Shown here one piece after another: positions 14,701 to 26,290 of a DNA stretch of 64,000 nucleotides; within the stretch, counting starts at the first letter, position 1, and every line of letters begins with the position of its first letter. This DNA comes from Tubiluchus corallicola (Eukaryota; Animalia; Priapulida), in assembly GCA_030141605.1 (NCBI GenBank), contig JAQGDQ010000378.1, positions 62,001 through 126,000 on the forward strand, in the 5' to 3' direction. The notes under the pieces are model-generated. The model ran no database searches, was not told the origin of the DNA, and saw nothing but the letters and a program-made list of their open reading frames with translations. The position numbers and the translations under genes were made by a program.

Positions 14701-17700
14701 TGAGATAGATAACTTTAGTGCGGTGTTTCGTTAAGTACTTTGCAATTACAGAACTATTGATATTTTTTTATCCCTTAGATAACTAATCATTGTTTTTCAT
14801 ACATCTGTATAGATTTTCGCTTGTTTTACGATATACTAGTACAAATCTTTTTTCCATTTTGGTTTGTACTATGATACATGTTCTTCCAATTGAAATTTTT
14901 TTGTCAGTCTAGTTTAATGTGCTTTGAATATACTCATTAGTAATAATTACTAATTACTCATTAATATAGATACTCATTAGTATAGATAGTAAATTACTCA
15001 TTAGTATAGATACTAATTACTCATTAATGTATTCAAAATATTATGTGAATTACCCTTGACTAAATGCAATAACAACAGTCAAATTGTAATTAAGAATATT
15101 AATTAAAAACATTCAATTTTTTACCTATCAGGAAAATACGCAATGAAGGACTTAGTTGCAAATTTGCCGGACAAATACAACTCCAGACAGACTTCAGCGG
15201 ACACCGTCGCTGCCGTATTAGCCACTCTAAACGAGGTTGTGAGGAAAAATGCTGAATTTGCACAGTAAGTACAGAGGATGCAAAATTTTTCTAGTTTATT
15301 TATCCGACATTAGCGATTAACAAAAGCTTTCAAACAACAGCAAAATTACATTGTCAGAAGTCATCGTAACTGACTTAATTACTACATACAGCCTAGGAAA
15401 AACTTAAATTTTGTTACTTTTAGGTGTGTGTAGGGTATCGTGTGGCTTAGCAGATCGATAATTTTAGGAGAAACAGTGGCGTTGTTCTCTAAATGTCGTA
15501 TTATATTTGAAAACAAATAGTATTCTGTTTGTTTCATGATCTTTGTATGGTTTAATGCTGAGCTGAATGTTTAACGATTGTGTTATGAGCAACGTTCCTA
15601 GACCAGTGCATAGAAAACAATTATTCTGCGTACTGCATATCAAACTTAGACTTATTGTTAAAAAAAAATCATCCCATTATGTTGGAAAAGGAAAGTCGGG
15701 CTCATGGATGCAAAAAACTTGCACAAATGATCAAAATGTGAAAAGGGTAGGGTGCCAGAAGTGTTTTTGCTCCCTGGCGTCACAAACACTTGCTATTGTA
15801 AGTAAATGATTGAGGTTCGTAGTTTCAATGTAACCGCAAAATGAGGTCTTGGGACATTGTAATGAACTATTTTATTTCATACCCATGGTCATATTTTATT
15901 ATTGCAAATACTTTTTTTAGTCTAATAAAGTACTTTCTAGAGTGACCATTCTATTGGCAGCGAACGTGAGTAGAATTGTTTTGGTGCATTTTTGTGCTGT
16001 ATATTTGTGACGATGTTTCTTCGCCAGAATGCATCCATTCCTGCATTATTCGTGCAGATATAGATGTTTTATTAGTTCATGTTTTTGTTACATTTATTTT
16101 CTTCACAATTAACTTCTCAAAATACTTAGAAAATTAGTTTTTCTTGTCATGAGCTCAGTAACTGCATTGGCATCTTTTGCAGTACCCTGGTTGATACGGG
16201 AGGTGTCCAGAGTTTGATGGACATCGCTGGTGCGGACAGTAACTACCCAGCAAAAGTTCAGAGGTTCGCTTCTCAGGTGAGGTAGTTTTATAATTGTATT
16301 TCTTTTTACCTATAATGATTAAAGCTAGCTGTAAAAATTTTATTGTTGTATCATATGGAAAGTTGAACATATTTTTGGCACTATGATCAAGCATGCTTCA
16401 CAAGCTCATTGTTTTCTCAGTCATATCAACCGCAAGCATATTGTTATTAGCTTTGTCATTTTGTGCAATTATTTGTTAAAACAGTGAAAGGCAAGATTTG
16501 TCATGAATTTTTTTATATGGTAGTGCATATTTCAACAAGCTTTTAGTAGAAGTGTGCATTAATCATGTAAAGTATAATGCAGATAAAGTTGAACGATGAC
16601 ACTATGGTGGCTATGACAGCATTGTCTTTTATTTAAAAAAAAATCTGACAAACTTGATTGGATAAATCAATCTTATATTGTTTGTTTGAGGATGAATTAC
16701 TAAATAATATTTATATTTAAGTGACATATCTGTTCATAGATGGCAGCACAACCTTACAAAATGACGATAACTGTTTTAGGTTTTATTCAACATGTGGCAG
16801 CACAAGGATCTGCATGAGGTGTACAAAAGTCGTGGTTGGAAGGAGCAGAACTTCGTCACGCAGACCCTGGCTCTTCAGCATGCCAAATCACCCCCTGACA
16901 GCGCTAACAATACCCTAACACGGCCAATCAGCACCCAAGGCAAGGCAGTGTCCCCTGGCGGTTCACTGCAGCGATCACCATATTCACATGTACAGGTTTG
17001 TTTTGGCAATTATGTACTATTAATTTTTTGCAGTTTTCATTTCTCTTTTTTTATTCACGGACAAGAGCAACACGGACTTAATAGAACTCATACACTGGTT
17101 TTTTCGTTGTTATGTTAGGGATCGAGTCTCGACATTGAATAATTCAACATTTGTAGTACTTAGAATCAATAAACTCGCAGGGTAAACTCCATGGCTAAGG
17201 ACATAGACAATGGCAGGTGATCGTTGACTTCCTTCAAGAGTTAATTTGAGTCGTAGTTTTGAACAACCGGACAAATACAGTAATAGAGTCATGAAACTTA
17301 CTACATGGACATCAGGGGCTGGGTCGCAGTACGACAGTATGATCCACAAAGATGAGATTGTTTAAGGGTCCAAGTTATGAGTTAAAATGTGAAAAGTACA
17401 GCTAAGTTGCTCAATCACAAGAGTAAACCGCACTATATTAGCATAGTTATTAGCATTGAACACACTGGTCAGTCACTTTTTACATACTATACAGCTTTTG
17501 ACACGCACAAACCACAATCGACCAACCAGGCATGATCAAGTGATGGTTATTCACGAGCACTGGGCTGTCACATATGTGTTTAATAGACTACATTTCTTGA
17601 CATGAGTAAACCAAGTTGGATCAGGCATAGTCAATTGATAAATGGTCATGCTTGCAGATTTTAATTTATTTGGTCTGGTTTGTTGTTTTTTAGGTTAAAA

Positions 17701-19707
17701 GTACATAGAACTTCTCTCGTATACCATTAAAACAGTTTTGCCCTTTAGCATATCTTTAACTTTCGGCTATTTTCTTCTGACTCTAGCTAACAAATGAATC
17801 TAGAAGTTCTAGTATTAAAGTGAAGTACATTTGGGTAGTTTATTAATCGGCAAACTCCTGTTCATTTTTCAGGCTGGACGTTTGTCCGACAACCGAGAAA
17901 CACCAAGTGCCCACGTCACCTCTCCTCCCGCGTACAGCGAGCACGACAGGAACGAATCTCATCACACGGTCGTGCAGATGCGAGACCACAGACACAGTCG
18001 ATTACCGGCGGGTGGAGTTCAAGTCTTACCCACAAACACCCCCACCGTCGTAAGTAAACATGAATTATAGCATCTCTTGTATCTGTGTTGTACTATTTGT
18101 CTCTCCAATTGTAAATATTATATAGTAGTATAACTTTGTAAGTTGTGTATGTATGTTATTAACTGTTATTTATTGTTGTTGTAAATAAATGTTCAATATG
18201 AATTCTATGTTTGGAATAAATGATAAACCAAATCAAATCTCCTTTTTCAGTTTATATAAAGGGTATTCAGATAGTATTGCATACATACTTGCTCAGCATT
18301 TTGCCATGCGAGGAGGCGCATAAAGCCGTGACGCTCCTTCTTCAAACCCTTTTGTCAATTGCCACTACTTTGACCTCCATCCTGGTTAATTCCTCTCATT
18401 CTCCGCTGTCCTTCTCCGTGTTGTTCTCGGTCTACCTATTGCCCTTCTTCCTTCCGGGGACCATTCTATCATGTCTCACTGTTATTCTCGCCTTCCCTCT
18501 GTACGACATGTCCGATCCAATTCCGTCTCCTCCTCCTTAATTCATCATTTGTTGCATTCATTTGCACCCTATTTGCCACCTCCAGATTTGTCACCTGCTC
18601 CTGCCATCTAATCCTATGTATCCTTCACTGTATGTAAGCTGGAATCCAAGTTTCCTCTCCTGTGTCTTCGTCATCTTCCACGTCTCGTTTCTATGACACC
18701 ATCTCTCCAGCAATTTGAGTAATCTTATTTTAGTCTTCGCCCCAGTGCCTTTTGCTCTGCAGATCTTGCCAAGTTTCCCTCTTGGGGCCAGGCACTTGCT
18801 TAGCCTGGTTTGTTTAGCCAGATCTCAGCCTGTTTATTATATCTTGTATTCCTCATGTCCATGCTACAGCATTACATAAGCGCCCTCTTATAAGTACAAA
18901 ATTCATAGTTTTTATTTTAAGAGTTTAATTTATTAATTAATTAATTTTTTGTTTTGGTTATACTGTATTAGTAAGCTTTTCTAAAGTTAGATTAGAATTC
19001 TAGCCACATTAAACTGCTTTTTCACTTCAAAATGCTAACTTTTTATGTTGTGATAATTTAATTCTCTCCCTCTCACCTTAATGCTGCTGGATAATCAGAC
19101 TTTACGGTCAAGTCATCACATACCTGCGGATTACAACGTGTGAAATTCGCATACAGTTATCATGTAAGTATTTAACAGCCAACATCATGTAGCTCTTAAA
19201 TGTAGAGCTTTAAAAATGAACAGAAAACTAGAAGATTGACCTATTATTTTTTACACAGTGCAAATATTTTACACAGTTTGGGGGAATATAGCTGAGGGGT
19301 CATGGTGCACGCTTAGTAATCGTAGTTTAACAGCTTTGAGCTTAGGTAATAAACGGAAGTAGATGAGGATTGGAAAAAGTGCTTTTGTGTGTTTCCATCT
19401 ATCGTACTACTGTCTTCTGTTTACCGCATTGAGGATGATATCCAAATATGACTATGACACCGCTGTTTATTCAATATTTCACCTTTTATTATTAACAAGG
19501 TTCCCGTCCTGCCATAACCAGTCAGCACTACTAATAGGCCTGCCATTGAGTACTAGATTGTTGTTTCCTGAACTATACAGAAAAACTCACTAAAACTCTG
19601 CGATATTCGTACATTTCATGAACATGTTGTTCGGTATATATCACTGAATGTTCACTTGTTTTTTTTCATTCCAGAGAGAAGAAGAATATGAAGGTAGTCA
19701 GTGTTGA
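2463..19707 (+). CDS. CTNND2: p120-catenin / delta-catenin family armadillo-repeat protein, about 772 aa, 17 coding exons
   Basis: GT-AG exons with consistent phases: 2463-2516, 3101-3313, 6433-6549, 7693-7822, 8278-8413, 9046-9163, 9327-9443, 10113-10237, 12365-12600, 13143-13236, 13769-13943, 14472-14622, 15132-15264, 16183-16276, 16780-16995, 17873-18049, 19675-19707. Family motifs: [136 protein letters not shown]. The start codon and last exon are less certain than the ARM core. The symbol is family-level (invertebrate p120ctn/CTNND). Confidence 0.92.
3352..3942. mobile_element. Non-autonomous DNA transposon, TTAA-flanked, Kolobok-like (copy 1)
   Basis: Begins TTAA-AGG and ends GCT-TTAA. 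Colinear over about 590 bp with 50791-51382 (shared 'ttaattaacgg..ggcgagcccaact..tgatgacat', 'ctcacgcatgagct', 'cgaaatgcatgta', 'attgggt'). The superfamily assignment is inferred. Confidence 0.65.
6822..7520. mobile_element. hAT-like MITE
   Basis: Imperfect TIRs taaggatgttaa / ttaacacctcta. Near-perfect 8-bp TSD gttaattg (6814-6821) / gttgattg (7521-7528). Many subterminal ACGAT/CGATA repeats. Confidence 0.6.
8528..8870. repeat. (CT)n compound microsatellite
   Basis: Seen directly; it generates the spurious SLSL ORFs. Confidence 0.95.
10418..10881. mobile_element. Dispersed repeat (copy 1), lying within a larger MITE-like element starting caggggcgtaacc at 10299
   Basis: Colinear with 52617-53352 ('gaatttctatcgtacaaaaagtaca', 'ctcctgtgcacatttgcttcatctaaacttttaa', 'gattcgtattggttattttgcacactgtt'). 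Confidence 0.75.
11835..12010. mobile_element. MITE with about 22-bp TIRs enclosing degenerate (CCCTAA)n repeats
   Basis: Left arm agtttacaattccccacacta (from 11843) pairs with right arm tagtgtgtagggaattgtaaact (to 12002). The interior is made of cctaac/ccctaa repeats. Confidence 0.75.
13512..13664. mobile_element. Tc1/mariner-pogo (Tigger-like) MITE, 153 bp
   Basis: TA target duplication on both sides. TIR cagtcaaacctttttata / tataacaaggtttgactg (17/18 match). A related 5' end occurs at about 1932. Confidence 0.85.
14929..15028. repeat. Short AT-rich minisatellite (tactcattag core)
   Basis: About 5 copies of tactcatta(g/a), spaced 16-25 bp apart. Confidence 0.75.
15321..15794. mobile_element. 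Dispersed MITE-like repeat (copy 1)
   Basis: Colinear with 32110-32572 ('actacatacagcctag', 'tgtggcttag', 'agctgaatgttta', 'caaatgatcaaaa', 'cacaaacactt'). Confidence 0.75.
18280..18812 (-). mobile_element. 5'-truncated RTE-clade non-LTR retrotransposon, decayed RT C-terminus
   Basis: Reverse translation with frameshifts: [35 protein letters not shown] / [56 protein letters not shown]. This matches the standard RTE ORF end. Confidence 0.85.
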
Positions 19708-20067
19708 TGAGAACAGGGGTAGAAAGTGCCTGCATGCACACAGTCGATTCTAGTCTAGATTATATACTATTTATACCCCATAGTTACCCTAAGATATTAC
19801 GTATTCCGTTTATGTATATAATTATAATGACTGCTACCTACAGTATTAGGCGAGTAGAGATCATATAGTCGGTAGGTATGTATGTCTACGCAGAGATTAT
19901 GTATGTGTATAATTATGTGTAATTTCGATTTATTTTACACCTGCTTGTATTTGAAGGGTGGCAAGTTTTCTTTACACAACGGGAGATTAAAGTAGCCTAG
20001 CTGTAACATTCTCAAATTTATCAACATGTTCGTGCAACCGTTTTTTATTAATTCTCATTTTCATCGC

Positions 20068-20193
20068 TTGCTTGTTTTTGTGTGATGTGCGTTGTCGCTA
20101 TAAACCAATTCGGAGAATCAACTAAGAGGCTTTGCTTGTTTTTGTGTTATGTGCGTTGTCGCTATAAACCAATTCAGAGAATCAACTAAGAGG
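20068..20193. repeat. 64-bp tandem duplication in the putative catenin 3' UTR
   Basis: Two near-identical copies of ttgcttgtttttgtgt.atgtgcgttgtcgctataaaccaattc.gagaatcaactaagagg. Confidence 0.9.
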
Positions 20194-21398
20194 ATGATAT
20201 TTTAGAGTGTATTTTATAGTTGTCAGTGCTATGACTCATCTGCTTATTGCATTATAAACTGTAATGCTAATTCAAATACCTTCGTCTGGCTATTGTTAGT
20301 ACCGTCACGTTGCCTTGTAATTCTTTATTATACGTATACACCGTTTAAATTTAACATCGAAGAGTCTAAATGTGTGTGTGTTTCCCGTTTACTTTGTTCT
20401 TGTACTGTTTACTGTTGTTAAGAATGAAGATTTTGTAAATATCACTAGTTTACTTATAATCATTTTTGGTCATAGCCAAATTGTGTAGAACTCGTATTCG
20501 TGAAACTTTGCATGCTAACTTCACCACATCAGAAATTGCATAACTTTGTATGGTATTTATAAAATAATGAATTAACGAAGTTTTGTGAAGTTACTCAAAA
20601 TTTTTATACAAACAAAATAGATGTTATAAGTGGCATTGCAAAATACAAATATCATCTGTAAAGTTTGTCTTCGCTTACTATGACAAAGTATCTACACTAA
20701 ATCGTCTTGAGCAACAACCGTATTACATAGTTCTGGTTTAAGCTCTTTGGAAAAATTCGGGATGATGATTTTAAATCCAGGAAAAATACTCCAACACATG
20801 TACTTAGATCCAGAAAAAGTTCTTCGATTTATGTAAACAGTTAGTTTTTCGATAGTGCAGATCTTGATGTTAAATAAATTAGCTTTTGCTTGTTAATGAT
20901 TCTGTGACTCTGTAAGAGAACATTCCGTTTTAAAACATTTCCATTTTTTCCTTTTTTCACGATGACTTCATATTTCCAAACAATCTGTGAATTTGACTCT
21001 AATTACATATTAACAGTGGGGCCATCTAATTATGTATAATATTTTTAATTACTTTAATAAATATCGATGTTTCTCGCGTTTATTTAATATTTTCAAACAC
21101 TGGTTTACGAAATGCTGAGTCGTTTAACGTGATTCTACTATGAGATCTGATCTTTGTTTTCTGCATTGTAAGCATAATTTGTATTGCTAATATATCTGCC
21201 TGTTGCCTGTGTTGTGCTATAAGGGAAATGCTTACTGACTGTAGCTCCAATTTATTGAAAACAATATTTTACAGTCCAACCAACCACGACTTGTTGTCTT
21301 GTTATTATTCTTTTAGTTTGTGTTTTGCATCACCTTTTACAAGCATTAAATGTGGAATATTGTGTAGATTTCATAAACTCTAAAATGCCATTTAGGAC

Positions 21399-21863
21399 TG
21401 GGAATTGGTGCACAGACAAATCGATCATACTATTGTAACAGCTAGGAATTGGTGCACAGGTAAATCAAGCATACTATTCTTGTAACAGCTTGGGAATTGG
21501 TACACAGACAAATTAAAATTCTACTCTTGTAACAGCTTGAGAATTGGTGCACAGGTAAATCAAGCATACTACTATTGCAACAGCTTGGGAATTACTGCAC
21601 AGACAAATTAAGAATACCATTCTTGCAACAGTTTGAGAATTGATAAAAAGGCAAATGAAGCATACTACTATTGCAATAGCTTGGTAATTGCTGCACAGAC
21701 AAATCAAAATACTACTCTTGCAACAGCTTGGGAATTGGTGTGCAGGCAAATCAAGACACTACTCTTGTAACAACTTGAGAATTGGTACACACACAAATCA
21801 TGTTACTACTCTTGTAATAACTTATGAATTGGTGCACAGATAAATCGTGCATTCGCGCATACT
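21399..21863. repeat. Minisatellite of about 48 bp, about 10 copies; resumes at 22568-22650
   Basis: Consensus gggaattggtgcacagacaaatcaagcatactactcttgtaacagctt, in head-to-tail diverged copies with no unique spacers. Confidence 0.9.
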
Positions 21864-22567
21864 AATCTAGAAGCCTATCGAGATTACAAAACACTGATAT
21901 TTCTTTATAAATATATAAATAAACTGAGCATTCCATTTATAAACAATCCCTTAGCATTTATTCCTGATACCACATTGAACACTAGAACATACAATTTAAA
22001 GCAAATTACAGTAAACAATAAATTTGGAAATAACTCTATATCAAAACAGGCCATACATTTATGGAACTTACTACCCAGTGAAATAAAACAAATAGAATCT
22101 CTCCACCACTTTAAAAAGAAATTAAAAGAATATCAATATAACAGGTTTCAACTTCCACATTGTGCATCTGATACTAATTACACGGACTCCACTTTCATAT
22201 ACCCCCGCCCCTGACTCCATATAATGATTAAAAATGAAATTTTTTAAAAAAAATTATGTAATGTAATACGTGTTATGTTAGTTTCGTGTTTCGTAATGTT
22301 AAATGTATAAATAGTGTGCACTATGTAATGTAAAATTTAATGTACTTTCCTATAATTGTTTGTGAAAATATTTTAATATGGTATTTGTAAATATGTTCAT
22401 TATATTGTATATAGTTTTTAGTTTAGCACTTTAGTTTTTTTAGTATGCACTGGACGCATTTGTCTTGAACAGTGTTGTTATTTTAACATTACGCTGAGGC
22501 TAACTCAATTTTATTATAATGAGGGAACCGTTTTTATGACAAATAAAGAATTAATATATAATATAAT
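21864..22567 (+). mobile_element. 5'-truncated CR1/L2-like LINE (RT C-terminal tail plus 3' UTR)
   Basis: Open frame 21861-22214: NLEAYRDYKTLIFLYKYIN..TLNTRTYNL..SISKQAIHLWNLLPSEIKQIESLHHFKKKLKEY, the typical 'WNxLPxxIKxxxSLxxFKKKLK' end of CR1/L2 ORF2. AATAAA and an AT-rich tail follow at 22542-22567. Confidence 0.8.
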
Positions 22568-23197
22568 ATTGTAACAGCTTGGGAATTAGTGCGCAGGCAA
22601 ATCAAGCATAGTATACTCAATTGCTCATATCAACTTGGGAATTGGTGTGCTACGTACTAGACTAAGGATAGACTTAACTAGTCGTTGGTAGGCGCTGAAT
22701 GCACTAGAGTTACAGTTGGTTATCTTCCAGGGCCGAGCTAAATCAGTATTTAAATGTAACCAATTGTCCTCTTGCCTCAGACAGTGGCGAGGGTCTAAGT
22801 AGTCTACGGGGGAGGGGGGCTACTGAACAGTATGTCATGGTTCGTGGTGTGATCAAGAATTTAAAACAGCTCAACACAGCATGAATGTTTAAACAGTAAT
22901 TATTAAACAAAATGAAATATTAAACCTTATTCACAACTGACTCAATAATCAAATAGGTAAACCTGTTTTTACTATCGTAATACTCAGAGCAAAATGGCAC
23001 ACAAAAACTACAAACTGTAATACTACGTTTTATTATATCAAAAAAAGTAACATGCAAAACACTCAACGTCAAAGTTTGCTACATAACCTACACACCTGCA
23101 CTAAGGGCATGTTTTAAACACTGGCAATAATATTAATGACTGATTATGAGAGGTACCTAGTAGCCAAACTGCCGGACCACCCCGTACATGCTAGCAT

Positions 23198-23437
23198 GCG
23201 TGTCTGCAGGCAGAAGTGTGAATGTTCACGGTGCAAGCGTGTCTGCAGGGAGAAGTGTGAATGTTCACGGTGCAAGCGTGTCTGCAGGGAGAAGTGTGAA
23301 TGTTCACGGTGTGTGTCTGCAGGGAGAGGTGTGAATGTTCACGGTGTGTGTCTGCAGGGAGAAGTGTGAATGTTCACGGTGTGTGTCTGCAGGGAGAAGT
23401 GTGAATGTTCACGGTGTAAGTGTCTCTGCAGGCAGAA
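23198..23437. repeat. 35/39-bp minisatellite, about 6 copies
   Basis: Unit gtgtctgcagggagaagtgtgaatgttcacggt(gcaa). Confidence 0.92.
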
Positions 23438-26260
23438 ATACAAAGGGAAATTAAAAATAATACAGTCACAACACAGACAAACATGTAAAGAGTTTTAAAA
23501 CAATTAGACGGAGAATAAACGAAATTTAATAAATGCTAACTGTAGTAGTAGGTTTCCCAGCTGTTTATATTGAAAACGTTTGTACTAAATTTGAGTCGCT
23601 TCGACATTTTTAGAAATTATGAAATCGTAAAACAATTATGAACACAATCAAAGACTTTACATTTAATGTTTGCATCAAGATCGTCTCTCTCACAAAGGCG
23701 CAATTGTAATAATTTGTTATTACTTAATTGTAAAATATTGATATTTTTTAATAAATAAAAATATGTCAGTTTATAGAAATGACTATTTCTGGCTTCCTTA
23801 ATAAATAATTTAATTTTTGTTGCAATTCAGAAGCTAAAAATGTAAATGCAAGAACGTTAAAATTTTAAACAGGCAGACCTGCAACATCCTGATTTTTTAA
23901 ATTCCAGGCTTGCACGACGCAATATTTAAGGGTCCAGGTAAAGCACGTTGCATCCAAGGGACGATACTTTGAAGTCGAAAATAGAATGTGTCATTTATGT
24001 GGTAATAGTTGAAAGCGTTACACAAAATAACATTCATATAAGATAAACTCTGGTAGATGACACGATGCGGATCTGTTTTGAATTCACATTCAGAAAGTAA
24101 GCCAAAATATTGCAAAACCTAAGCCGATAGAAATGATAAATGATATGAAGAAGCAACTAACCTCAATTTCCAGCATCATGAAAATAACTTGTATTAGTTA
24201 AATAATAATGTAAATAGAATAATTTTAGATTAGTAATTGTAATTTATTATCTAATATTTACAATTATACAGGGTAAAAACTTAACAACGCGGGAATTAGT
24301 CCAACAAGAACCATACTCAAATTGATCACATAACAATTAAAATAACTTGAAACAATCAAGCACGAAATTGATGACTGGCTTAAATATGGTGGTAAGTGAA
24401 AATATTTAATAAGAGTCCTTGTTAATATCGTCAAAAACGTATTCCTTTCTTCTTGTCTTGTCTTGCTCCTGACAAATGCAGTTTTTCACAATGACATAGC
24501 ACGAGCTCTTCATCTTGAACTGCACCATTAGCATCAGGTATCAGCAACATACGCGCTGTAAACACTTCCGCACTGTGAATTATGCAGAACCTAACAGTGC
24601 AAGGACCTGACAAGTTTTACTTCTGGTTCTCGCCATTGATGACAATATATGCATGCTGTTACATCATAATCATTAAAAACTAAATTTCGCGTGGTAAACA
24701 AACAATCTAAACATTGTTTGTCTGTCTCCAGTATGTGCTAAAAAAGGACGAGCGTAACAGTAAGGTCAATTTGCTGACTTACTTCAAAAATTGCAAGTAT
24801 ACATATTAAAATTAGGCCGAAATTTGAACACTGCAAAGGGCCTAATTATGACGTCAAAACGATTGCCGTCACTTGACCAAAATGCTCATTTTGATTTAAA
24901 TGCATGAATATAATCAAAGGTGGGGGGATACCGTCCGAGTTGCCAATATTTCTCAGATTGAAAAGCCAAAGCTTTTTTTTAAAAGTTTACGCTACGCATT
25001 TTGAGGACAAATGACTGAAATACGTAGAGACATGACATATTGTCCCAAATGAATACGTTTATGAACTAGGGCTCGCATTCACTGCGCCCGGAATAGTCCG
25101 CACAGACACAGACTTTTTCCATCCGATTTCGACAGAAAAGTTCTGTCATTGCAATTTGCATGCATTTGAAAGCGCATCGTATCTGTTGTCTCCGCACAAA
25201 GACCCGTGGAACCGCATGACACCTACAAAGTCTGTAATTTTTTCTGGAAAGAAAGTCCCAAGTTCGCTACTGAGTTTGCCCAATGCGGCGATCTTACCAA
25301 GGTGGAGAGTGTTAGTCTTAAAACTGTTTGCGGTTAACAGTAATTACGCTTATTTGTTAAGCATTGAAAATAAGATTTGCCGTATTATTACTTCTATATC
25401 ATTTTGCGTGCGTAATATCTACATGAAAAATAAAGGGAATTTTTAAGCAATAACTCATAATTAACCCTAATAATATCTAGAAATCTCTTTATTATTTATT
25501 TATTTATTTATTTTAATAACTTTTAATAAGGAAATTAATTTTATTTATTAATCTATAATTTATTGCGCAATTTAAAATATTGCAAATCAACGCAACGATC
25601 ACGTGTTTCTCGCACTAATTGCATTACGAAAGTTTGTCATTGTTTTTGTAAATTCTTCACACATAAATTCAGTAGAGGTTGGTTTGTAGTTGGGGTGATT
25701 AAAACATTTTTCCTCATCCCGGATAACTCGTGAAAACAAATGGCAACATTCATATACTTGCCCTTTTTGCAAAGACTGGGTGAACCCAAAAGCGATGCTT
25801 ACATTTTCTTGCTTCCTGATACCTCTTCTTAAGAAGCCAATACAAAAATATTTCTTTTAGGTTTGGAAAGAGCATCCCATACACCGCTTTTATTTTGCGT
25901 GTTTAGGTGATAAAATTTCTGAAAAGGCCGGAAAATTTCGACCGGTAAAAATCGGTTTCTTAGCGCGTGTGCGGGGCTTAGTGGTCAGATAAATTGCTTA
26001 CATTACGTAGCCGTAGAAAGGTTAGAGCTTCAAATTTGTCTGAGACATTTACCCAGATACCTAAATTATCTGACATCGACACGTCATCGCTCACATCAAT
26101 ATTTGCGCATGACGGTACCGCTAAACAAGCGGAAAATGTACATAAATGTTTGTTATTATTTCTCTGGACGCTTATGTATACTTGGATATAAGAAAAATAT
26201 TTTGCATTACTGTTGTGTAACACATACCTGTGTTTTTTAACACGCACCCAAAATGTATTT

Positions 26261-26290
26261 AGTGACGTCACTGATGCAGCATATAAGGAA
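26261..26290 (+). promoter_or_regulatory. Candidate adenylyl cyclase promoter: palindromic CRE (AGTGACGTCACT) next to a TATA-like ATATAAG
   Basis: TGACGTCA at 26263-26270. A strong donor CAG|gtaagt at 26642/26643 and an acceptor at 26970 suggest a 5' UTR exon upstream of the first coding exon. Confidence 0.4.

Noticed and set aside
21399-22650. CRISPR-like array of about 48-bp periodicity
   Set aside because: Whole units are diverged tandem copies with no unique spacers, there are no cas genes, and the context is eukaryotic. It is a minisatellite.
23136-23437. Cys-rich ORF (CRQKCECSRCKRV repeats) resembling a metallothionein, or a CRISPR array
   Set aside because: It is the translation of a 35/39-bp minisatellite; the 35-bp units break the frame and there are no spacers.
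22833-23473. Solo LTR (TGT...ACA) containing the 39-bp minisatellite
   Set aside because: The candidate TSD (cagta/cagac) is poor, there is no PBS or PPT, and no second copy; insufficient support.
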